Source: Negaprion brevirostris (Eukaryota). From it: a stretch of 64,000 bases of DNA. The DNA lies in assembly GCA_030324005.1 (NCBI GenBank), contig JARDVH010000099.1, positions 48,750,903-48,814,902 on the forward strand. Reading direction: 5' to 3'. Positions 35,201 to 47,200 of the stretch are shown one piece after another; the stretch's first letter is position 1; each line of letters starts with the position of its first letter. The notes under the pieces were generated by a model. That model was not told where the DNA came from, did no database searches, and saw only the letters and a list, made by a program, of their open reading frames with translations. The position numbers and the translations under genes were made by a program.

Positions 35201-38200
35201 GGACACTACTCTGAGGAACTCCTGTATCCATAGGCTTGATGTACAAATATAATGTGCCACATAGTAGGAGAACTAATTTCTTTCACTGTGGAAAAACAGA
35301 CATTCACTCCTTAATATAAAGTCATTTGCTAGTTACATGGATTAAGAAGCTTTGCTTGGAATAATGTCCTGAACTCATTTAATACATTGCTAAATCACCC
35401 TCGTTTAAATTTGTACCCAGTATCTCAAGCTTGATTTGGCAGTTATCGAGGTACCAATTACGGTCAGAGTCACTTTGGAGAGAGTTTGATAAAGTATCAA
35501 AGCTGCTGCAGAAGTGTACCATGGATGTTCAGGATATGGGTGTGATGCCGAAACTTCAGAACATAGTGCTTTACTTATAAAGTGATGCAGAATAGTTGAC
35601 TAAATCAAAGCAATTATTACATGAACATCAGTGTGGATTTGCAGTTAAGTTAAACTGCATTTTGTACGTAGTTATGGATAGGGAGTTTTTGCATAGTGAG
35701 TAACATCTCTGATTCTGACCAGAGCTTCCAGGTTCAGGTCCCATTTCAGGGCTTAATGGGCATAAAGCCAAACTGCTTGAATAGCAGTATGTAAGTCCTT
35801 CCAGTGTGCCTGATGGCAAGCAGTAAGAGCAGGTCTGCAAGCACAAGTATAGAGCAATCCAATGGGAATGCATGGTTGGCAATGCCCTCTTAGGCATGAC
35901 ACCTGGAGGAGTAGTTCTGGATATCCTATATTCAAAAGAAACTTAATGCATTGTTTCATGTGACTGTAGTATTAAATTATAAATAAACCTTAAGAGACTT
36001 CTTGGTGATCACATAACTTAATCCAAGAGCTGCTTACAGTTAACTAGGTCAAGTGTCTACTGTTTTTTTTCCCCCTTGGTAGAATCTGCTGATTTCTGAA
36101 CTAAAATCTGGAGATCCATGTAGAAATTGAAAATGCCTTCCCTTGATCTCTAAATAGATTTTGTAAAGAAACACAAATGAATGCGAATGTTGCAGGAGAA
36201 TAAAAGCTTACGGTTTTCGAATTGGTGCAATCCCCACCCCCACCCTTGTGATATATGTTTACAGTATAGCTGGGTAGTTTTACTACGTAATCTACTTTTG
36301 TCCCCATTCCTCTATTGTTGTTAACTAAAGCCTCACTTGATCTATACACAATCCATGTTTGAGTTTTCTGGCCAGCTGAAATTTGGCATACTCTGCTTAG
36401 TGTTTTTTTTCTTCTAAATAGTATTCAAGGAAAAGCCTCCACTTCCTCCAAGCCAATCCCAAGCAGTACTTTTGGACTCCCCTGATGATTATTCCTACAA
36501 ACAATCAATTGTGAACTTGTTCAAAAATGTTCCATTTGTGCTACTACTGCTCAGTTACGGTGAGTAATTCCATAGTCACTATTTTAATTTCATTTTGGGT
36601 TATTCAACATTTCAGTAATGTAAGTGTTTCAAATCTTTCTATTCTTCATTTAGTAGCTGACCTTTTCTTTACGAATGTTCTTCATCACTGTCACTGTGAC
36701 CCATTCTGAAGTTTTTCTAGTTTTCCTCATCTAGGTCTTCTAATCATAAAGAACTGTCAGATTATATGAATTAAGTATCTCCTGNNNNNNNNNNNNNNNN
36801 NNNNNNNNNNNNNNNNNNNNNNNNNNNNNNNNNNNNNNNNNNNNNNNNNNNNNNNNNNNNNNNNNNNNNNNNNNNNNNNNNNNNAAATACTGTGATGTCA
36901 CCATGGCCTAGAAAAGCATTTCTTGTTACTCTTGCCTTTATATCACCAGAACCTGTGATTGCAAAGTCTTGTGTCCATTTAATCTGTGCGCTGTGATGCC
37001 TAACTTAGCACCCAAAGACTCTACACATCTTCTGGTCGATATGGCTTAGTTAATGGCATACTTGTTTAACTTTTCCAAAGGATTTGATAGTTTGTTCATG
37101 ACTTCTGAAGACATATACTTTCGGCTATGTGGTTCAAAGTTTGATTTCCAGTTTGCGTCAGTTGGACGTGTTGAACGTAGATTTGATTAAGACTTACAGA
37201 TATTTTTCCATTCCACCCTGAGAAAGATAGTATAGTAAAATTAAAATTAGCTGAATAAAATGTATTATTTTAAGTATATTGTTATTGTTAACCAAGGTAT
37301 TACACACGCTTTTAATTTTTTTAGGTATTTTGACGGGGTCCTATTATTCTGTAGGAACACTATTGAATCAAATGATTATTACTTACTATGAGGTAAGTTG
37401 CTAATCTTTACATATAAAACTTCATTTTATCTTCAATTAATTGCAAAGCTTATGATCTGCTGANNNNNNNNNNNNNNNNNNNNNNNNNNNNNNNNNNNNN
37501 NNNNNNNNNNNNNNNNNNNNNNNNNNNNNNNNNNNNNNNNNNNNNNNNNNNNNNNNNNNNNNNGCATGATTACTTGACCAAAGGTTAATGATCATCCTAA
37601 CCTAACAAAAGGTGGCTTTCCAAAAGTACACATTACTTTTACCACAGTTTTATTTGTAGGCATGTATAATATTTTGATTTAATTATATTAGTCTAAAAGT
37701 ATAGTTTAATCTTGTAAAAAAGCTTCATAGTTCTGTCAAGACAAAGTGAGTAATCATATTAGATGTAAACTAAATTTAAGCAGCTTGTGCAGATTTATTT
37801 TTAGGATTTATGCTCTCACTCATAATGGAATCTGTAATTGGTAAACTCTGCTGCATGCATTATTTAACTCTTAAGTAAATTAAAGTTGCCTTCTCTTAAT
37901 ACTTAGCTTCTGTGTATGAAGAGAAGACAATACTGAATTTAGTTTCCTCTTGATTCTTTGTGGTGATTTAGAGCTCCAAATTCATGTCGTTTCTCCATCC
38001 TTCATTTATTTTAGTATGTTATTTCACACTTGTGTGTGTAGTATCAGATTGCTATGCATTGTTACAACTGCAAAACTTCTTTTTCCTTTATGAATTCTTC
38101 AGCAAAGTTGCTAAGAGTTAGTAATTGCCCTCTGACCCAAGGAGTTGATAGGAACGTTGTAGCTGCAATTTAATTTCTAGCAACAATGAACTCTTATGCT

Positions 38201-41200
38201 AGCAGAATTTCATGGAAAGCGTAATAGTACAATGTTATTCAGGAATCCAAAGTTTTGTATTTCAATTTAATCCATTTTCATTGCAAGGGAGAAGAGGTGA
38301 ATGCTGGGAGAATTGGACTTACTTTAGTGGTATCAGGGATGGTAGGTTCCATCATCGCTGGTTTCTGGGTGGACCGTACAAAGACGTACAAGTGAGTATA
38401 ATTGTGTTAGCACTCAGTGTAAGTGGTGAAGAAATNNNNNNNNNNNNNNNNNNNNNNNNNNNNNNNNNNNNNNNNNNNNNNNNNNNNNNNNNNNNNNNNN
38501 NNNNNNNNNNNNNNNNNNNNNNNNNNNNNNNNNNNTTAAATTTATTTAACATGATTTTTGGAGTGTTGGATACTTGGTGTCTTTTAGCCCTTAAAATGTT
38601 GGTTATGATTATTCTACAGTTTAAGTATCAGTCTAAAGATGACATTGATTCAGCATATTTGTGCAAAATCTTGATTTTAAGTATTACACTTGTCAGGCTT
38701 AACTTTTTTGCTGGTGCGGATTTGGGCATGGTTTGCTTATGCTGATTTAAGTACAAAGAAGTATTGTACCATTAGTCTACAGAGAGCCCTATCCTGAAAA
38801 TAATTTACAGATTGTGGCAACTCTTCCAGGAATGACTGCTATACTGATTCAGCTGTGGCTTGTTACTCTAGTTTTCTAAGTCCATATCTGAGATCTTGAA
38901 TTAGGTTTCTGCTCGGTGAGATCATAATGTATTAGCACTCTAGGAAAGTAACATTCTGCTTTCCATTTGTATTGTGATAATTGATGCATATGTTTTAGAA
39001 TGTAAATATATTTCTTTGTAATGTGTGTCTCCTCTTTTTCTCTCTCTCTCTGCTCCCTCATTACTTCAGTATTAATGACTGAAAAAGCTCACCCATCTAA
39101 TCTGGTTAGCTATCTGTGGTTTTTTTTCATCTGTGTTTAGGCCCACTAAAGACTTTTTCCTTTGCAAAGCTATTTTTAGACTCTCATCCAGCCCCTTCTT
39201 AACCATTTAATCTTTTCTTAGATTATTCCCAAAGGTGTTCAAGGTGTCAATAGCGTAAAGTGCCGTAATCATCTCTAGAATAAACTGTTAAACAATTTGA
39301 TAAATGGAGTTATCTAAATTTCAGTAACTAATTCCTTAATCAGTTATCCTAACACTCTACAGCACAATGTCTAATATTCTAAGAGCATCAACTAATTAAA
39401 ATGTGCGAGTAAAGCAAAATACAACAGAAAACAAGAACTCAACCGATATCTAAATTCAGAGTTCATGGACGTGTAAGGAAATTAATGGGACTTTTTCCTC
39501 GAATTTCAGTATTAAATTCTTGCATGCAAGTCCAATAAGCACTTACTCCACTTGACCATATTCTTAATAGTTTATTGTAGTAATCTGAGTATTTGTGTCC
39601 AAATTCATGAATCAAATTTGTCATAATTGACTGAATGAATAATGGCTATTTGTTACCTGGTATTTTGAAGCCTTTAGGACCAGTATATGTTTTCACTGGG
39701 TTTTTCAAATACAGTAGTAAGATTCATTTAAAACAGAGACTAATGTATTTGTTGATTTGACAAGCTACTTGAATTGTTGTGTTTGTATGGATTTGCACAG
39801 TGAGTTTTGTGTGATGGAAATCTCTCTCGGATGTTTACAAACCACATCCCATATCTGCCTACGATTTTTGATGAACCACTGGTCTTCTGATACAGTTCTT
39901 ACCATTCATTTTTGTAAGCCTGGTCTGCTGGTTTGTGATCATGGCTGATTTATGTTGCCTTCATGCAGCTGCCATTGGCCTATATTCTTTGACAACTTTT
40001 TAAAAAATCCTTTAATGTGGAAATAGAGCATTGGAAACTGGGAATTTGAAAACAAATTCAAGGAATTAAGAGAGGCCTTGCGATTGTTGCTGCTCAGTCC
40101 AAGCTCCATGATGGCTATTGATCCCACTGCAGNNNNNNNNNNNNNNNNNNNNNNNNNNNNNNNNNNNNNNNNNNNNNNNNNNNNNNNNNNNNNNNNNNNN
40201 NNNNNNNNNTATGTTATATGTAAATATAGTCCCTGATGCTTGGTGCCTAAAATTAAATCTGGTACTGTAGGTGGGCTGTGACCAAGATGCTGTATGACTG
40301 AAGCATCCCACATACACTTATCTTACAACCCCTTTTGAATAAAGGCCCATATTCAATTAGCTTTATTGATTACTTTTTGTACATTATTTGTGTTTACATA
40401 GGCCTTTTTGCATTGTACTATCTAGATTAAATGTTGGACCTTTAGGTGGGCAAATATTCTGTAATATAGAAGAAGAGTAATAGTCTCACCTTCTCGCAAC
40501 ATATGTTGAAGGAAGAATGATGACCAGGATACTGGGTGTTTCTCATGAGCCAGTATGCTGTGGTGTAAATCTTGATTTCAGTAGAGAACTGTAGGAGTGA
40601 AATGTTGACCTGAAGCTAAAGTTTGAAGGAGTTATTGCACATTTGATCACTTCTATAACCAAAAATAATAATTTAAATTTATTTCAGTCAGCCCAAAATT
40701 GATGTTTTTATCACATCTAGACTTTACATTTATTTTTCAAAATGGGGAACTTTGTAACCCTTTTTGCCTGTGCTTTGTGACAGTGGGCAGCAGTGTCTGT
40801 TCTATTGTCTGCTAACATCAGTCATTGAAGACTATTACTCACTGACGTCAATTAGTGGGCAATAGTGAAAACGTTCTGATATGAAACAACTCTTCAGCCA
40901 ATTGTGTTTAGCATTTCAGTGAAAGGTATGATTTTCTTTTAAACACTTATTGTATCAACCCTATTAGAAACCTGTCTGCTTATGTGTACCTAATTTGGCA
41001 TGAACCAGTGGCCCAGAATTTGCTGGGAAAAGTCAGTTTCAGGTGCATGCCATATTTAGTTTGTAAATTGTCATTAATTTGTGGTGAGAATGGCAGCTCA
41101 CCATCAACCTCCTAGAATTTCAGGAAATTGCTACATTTACACATTAATTACCACAAAGTTGGGGCTGGTACTAAAATGTTAGGGTGCTTTTAATTGTGTT

Positions 41201-44200
41201 CCAATAATGTCCCTTAACCCCTCTGGCACAGAAAAGGAGTTATTGAAACTGGAAACTGATTCTTGCAGGTAGTAAATAAGAATTTGAAGATCTCATTTCT
41301 TTATCTTGGTTCCTCATCAATCTTATCTTTCCTTCCCTCTCTTCATTTCTTTCTGTAAATTTATTCTAGATCACCCTACTTCTCTGTCATTCCTGTTTTT
41401 GTCCTTAAATTGCATTGGTTCAGGAAATAGGCTGTTGGTCCTGTTATTCACCAAGGTCCCAGCTTACCCCATTGTATTTCAGCAGTTTGCAACACATTTT
41501 GAGCTGGAGGTAAGGGAAAAAGTCTTAACTAGCAGGGCACGCTCCAGCAAATTCTGGGCCAGTGTCTCTTTCAATCTTCACTAGAAGAATTTTGAATACT
41601 TATCTAGAAATCTATTCTTAGCAAACGTACTTCATTTGTTAAGTATGTGCATGTTTTTTTTCCCCCAGTAGTCCAGAACTAATGTACTGATATAAATGTT
41701 GTAGGGGAAATCGGTCTTAAATTTTTGTTTTCTCACTTACAGGCAAACCACCCTTGCGGTCTACATTATCGCATTTATTGGAATGCTCGTTTTCACCTTC
41801 ACATTAAATCTTGGTTACCTCCAAATAGTCTTTGTCACGGCAGGATCTTTGGGGTAAGAAGCCACTCTATGTCTCAATTAAATAGACTAAGGAGTGTTCT
41901 TGCTGTGTTTTGTCTATCTCTTTTTTATAAAATCAGAAAGCTGAGAATGTCATTGTATATGCTGTCGCAACAAAGATGTTAATTGTCAGAAATGTTATCT
42001 AATGAACTGATATTTTAGATTAACTTGTTAAATGATTGTATTTTTGCAGCTGGATTAACTTAAATCGTTTAAGATGCAGTATTTGATAATATGGAAATTT
42101 ACTAGACCATTTTGGTGACCCATTTTTCCTTGCCAACTTTTCCTCTCTGCTCCACTAGGTATTGATTCCTTGATGGAGTATAGTTTCAGCTTGGTTAGGT
42201 ATAAACCTTGATGGAAATTATCATGGCAGTATCCTCCTTCAATGGGTATCAGATTTCAGTCTTATATGTCCTGACTTGATACCACATACTTCTGCAAGAG
42301 TCAAATTGGGAACTTTGTCGTCTTTCCATTTGCCCCACCACACCACAGGAATAAATTCCGTTCGATTGTCTCTCTTGGGTAAGGTTAGGTTAAAAACATA
42401 GGAACCTCATGCTCTGTTTGAGACATTCACTAAACAAACTTGCAGAGTCACCAGGGGAGTCTGGTATCTCTGACTTGATTACTTGTCACCAAATGTATTT
42501 GTATTGAGTGACAAATACTGATGACCAGGTGACTGTTGCAGCTTACTTTTTAATACTGAGAGTGGTAATTTTTGGGAAGATGTAAATATATTTTGGGATT
42601 AGAATTTATAGAACTGTTAGTTCAGAGTGCCCGCAAGTGCAGACTCAACACTGATAGCAGCCCTTGTTCTGCACATTGCAGAGTAACTAAAAGACTTGCA
42701 GTCAATAAGAAAGATACTTAATTGGCATTCTAGAATAACAAAATAAAACTTAGAACTGTGATTTAAAACCTTTTGTAACCATTTTTAGTCATTGCATTTA
42801 TTAATGAAGTGTTTGTTATAACACTGCACTTAGAAATTAATTGTAATTCCCATTGTGACCCTCTCTTTTGATGATTGTTGCCTTTGCTGTAGCAGTCACA
42901 CTTTTGTATTCAAATAGCATCTTGTTTTTGTACACAGCATGAGGCATCCATTTTTTTAATGCTGCATTAAGGGTGAAAAATAGAAACATTCCAGGGATGA
43001 TATTAACTGATTAGCAGTAATTTTAGTTTTGTGTTTATAAATTAATCAGCCAGTCAGTAAAATGCAATAAATTAAGTATCTTTTGTATGGGAATGAAGTT
43101 GCCCATTGAACCCTCCATTGAGATGTAATGGAATCTTACTCAAGGGAATTTGTGACAATGTTTCCGCTTTTTACTGTTCTTTAATACCTGTTAGGGACAT
43201 AATGTTTTTTAAAATGTTTGTAGGTGGCCCAGTGGTGTACTAACATGTTGCGCCACAGAGTAATGGACATGGGTTCACCGCGCGATTCCTTGTATGGTGA
43301 GTTCTTGATCTCAACCAGTTAGTCTAGGGGAGAAACTTCCCCAGAGCAAGGGAGGGAAGTCACCTGCACACCTCCGAAAAGCTGGTTCAAGAGCACTATT
43401 AACAAAAGCTTGGGAAGAGGTGGCCACCCCACCTTTAGTTAAGGAAAATCTATGCCATGCAGATTGAGAAAATAATTCTCAAAGCTGAATGGAGTAATTA
43501 GATTCCGACCCCAGCTATGAACTTTTGAGAAGGTTTAACTTTCTCATTCAGAGGTGAGCATACCGAGTATAATGAATTGTGTCCACAGCGCACATTTACT
43601 GAGAGCTGGGTGCACTGGAGCTATTACCCTTACAGCTGTCTGTAAGAGTTTATTAGCAAAAGCTCCAGGACTGTACTATAAGTCAGAAATGAAAATGTAC
43701 CTTTTACAGTAGTTTTATTAACCTGTTGAAAATTGTTCCTTTCTATTTCTGGAATGTAAAATACAAGTTATAGTTGTAGACGTAGTACGTGTCTCAATTC
43801 ACTTATGATGTGAATGAGATTCTTCATGATGTTCCCTCTACTATAGGATGCAGCAATGTATTTTGTTTGTTGCTTTTGATTGATAAGTTACTAAATTTAC
43901 TGATAATCCAACAAAATGTAGATTGAAAAGATGTGTTTTGCACTCAATTAGTGTAAATCTTAGTGTAACTTATTTTTTCTAATGTGATATGTCTAAACTA
44001 CATTTTATAATTAGTCAGTTCATAATTTAACTGTCAGTTTTCCAACCTTTCCCTTCATGTGGTGCCCCATTTGTAGTGGTAAACAAGAGCTGAATAAGTA
44101 TGTAGTTTGGCTGTCCTAGTGACTATAAACCACACAAGTGAAAAAGATGAATCACTGGAGGCTTGCTTCAGTGTGCCCTAAATTTGAAGGGGTCAGGCAT

Positions 44201-47200
44201 CACTTGATGTTTTTTGTCTTTTTTTTTAAAGCCACTTTATTTTTATCAGTTATTCTATGATTTGTTCGTTCTCAGTTCTTGTAGTGCCGGTCTATCAGAA
44301 TCTGCAGGTACATAGCATGTTTCATATATACAATAGCTAGCACTTAATACAGTTTTAAAAAAAAATCAATACTTTTTCTAATAGAACTTGAGCACTCTTG
44401 TGGAGGATGCTGGTAAAAGTACTGACACTGAGGTAGTTTGAGAGTTGAGCTGCACGTACTGCAGTTAATACCTAAAAGAGACTGGAATTCTACATAAATT
44501 TATCATGTCAGCAAGATAATAGATTGAGTAATGTAAATGTTAGTATTTAGAAACTTCATTTCAGCAATGAGTCAAATCCCATGTGTTGTCCTTTCCCAAG
44601 AAGCTAAACTCGTAGTGGAAAAGTGGTCATTGGAAATGTTTTTTGCTCTTTGTCTGAGAGCAGCATTGTTGTTTATGCATTTTGTAATTGCATGATTGTA
44701 CTTCTGTGGCTACTTTCTGTTCAAATATTAATCCTTAACGGGGATTAATTGTTGGCTCAGTTATAGGATAGATGGAATAAATTGATCCGATCCATACTCT
44801 GGTTTCAAATACAAGAGGGGGAAATAACTCTGCAAATGAAGGCATAAGATGGGGATATAAATCAGGAAATTTTTTTCTATAAATCTGATAAGTTAGTGAT
44901 GATGAAATGCAACTCCTCTTCCCCACCCCTTTCAATGCTGTTCTTATTCTTTCTCCTCTCTGTCTCTATCCTTATCTGGCTAGGTTTGTGATTTAAAACC
45001 AACCCAAGGCTGCAATTTGCTTACAGTCTCTTCCTAAACAAAGTTATTTTAACAGTAACATTTCAGTTATTGATGTCTGCCTGTCAATATCAATGACTTA
45101 ATAATTTGGGAATAGATAGAGAATCTATAGTGTGGGGAGAAATCATTAGTGGGTATTGGTGTCTATTTAATTTTTTCACCTTTAAATACCAGAGTCAAAT
45201 TTGGATGTGTGTTATACTGCAGTTCTTAAGTGCAGTGTTGGAGGATAGATTTTGAGGTTAAATTAATTAGAGAAAAACTAAATGATTTTGCTTATATTCC
45301 TTGCCCACTGGGCTGGGAAAGTTCAGTACAAACACAATCAGAGTTTAACTACAGTAAATTCTCTCCCGCACAAATCCAGAGGAAGGCTGTGTTTAAATAT
45401 GCAGCAGAAATTGTAATTCATGCTGGTCTGGGGTGTTTTTTCTTTAAGTTGAAGAAAAATCCTAACTAAAGTATGCAACTATATTCTAAGATGCATAAAT
45501 TATGATCCCATTAAAGAGTGGGTTTCTAAAAGCTGGTATGTAAAGATTTTAGTCTACAAGTTATTGTGGACTTTATATATTAACATCAACAACATATATG
45601 CCTATGTTATATCTACTAAATTGATCTAATCTACACATTGTACATATACAAAACTTGGGGGTGAACTTGTCAAATGTTTGAAAGTAATTCTATATTTCGA
45701 CGCTAGATCTTTTTTGCTACATTTTTTAAAAATTCTGTTTGACTGAAAAAAACCTAGATCTGCTAAATACTGAAATCCAAATTATAAATGTTCATGCCCG
45801 TTAAATATTGTAAGTATTTATGAATCTTTATAAAATGGTTGAATGGATTTCTGTTTATGAATAAAATATTTTGCATTTACTCAACATTTCACAGCTGATA
45901 TTAAAACTGGACAATTTGAAAGTTCACAATCGTCAAAGGATTCAACATTGGTTTGACACTTGGTTGTTTGCTGTGTTCCCCATGCAAAATGACTAAATAC
46001 ATTTTTACATTTTCAGTTTTTTCATGACTGGTTATCTTCCATTGGGCTTTGAATTTGGTGTAGAAATAACCTATCCAGAACCCGAGGGGACGTCATCTGG
46101 ACTTCTCAATGCATCTGCACAGGTAAGAGGTTAGAAGGGCTATTATGTTTGGAGCGGGAGGCTCATTAAAGTTAGTTGCTTATAACTGGTAAATAAGTGA
46201 ATGGACAACGTAATGATTCTTGCTTTCTAGTCATTTTAGTTTGTTTTGATAATTAATGCTGTGATGGGTGATTGTAACACATTAGGTCAGACCTGCTGCA
46301 ACATCAAAGTATATTCTGTTCTGATTTTACTGTGAGATTAATGTGTTGTGCTAAATCAGGCTTGCCCAACTTTAAGTTTAAAGTTTATTTATTAGCGTCA
46401 CAAGTAGGCTTACATTCATACTGCAGTGAAGTCACCACATTCCAGCACCTGTCTGGGTACAATGAGGGAGAATTTAGTAAACTGATGCATCTAACCTGCA
46501 CATCTTTGGACTGTGGGAGAACGTGTAAACTCCACGTAGACAGTGACTGCAATGAAGTCACCACATTCCAGCACCTGTCCGGGTACACTGAGGGAGAATT
46601 TAGTAAACTGATGCATCTAACCTGCACATCTTTGGATGTTCACAGGGACACTGGGAGAACGTGTAAACTCCACATAGACAGTGACCCAAGCCAGGAATCA
46701 AACTTGGGTCTCTGGTGCTGTGAGGCAGCAGTGCTAACCACTGTGCCACCATTGGAGGTCCCGTTGCAATTTTTTTGCTACTCAAAGGGCTGTTAAGCAA
46801 ATTTTGAAACAATGAGGTTTGATACAACATTGAAGATTTTTTAAAAGCCTGATAACTTGCTGAGCAAAAGCACAATATGGAAACAATGCATTGATAATTA
46901 AAATATAAATAAAGAGTGGTTGTCATTAGTGTATGTGGATCTGGCTCGCTCCCGGTCTCAGGATGCTCGCTCACTCACACCCATTGAGTTTCTGTTGATG
47001 TTTGTGGACTGAGGGTGAATGAGATTCTTGAAACTGGGAGTGAGCCACACTTAATTTACAAACATACACTCTCCCTCCCCTCAGATATATACACTCGCTC
47101 TCCTGCCTCCACATGCACAAGTCACTCTTCCTCGCACATGCAATTGCGCCCCCCACCCAGTACATGCATTAAGGTCCTGTTTCCTTTTGTCTGTCCACCC

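Noticed and set aside
34623-35246. Long ORFs full of X
   Set aside because: Artefacts of N runs; the same applies to the other gap-spanning ORFs.
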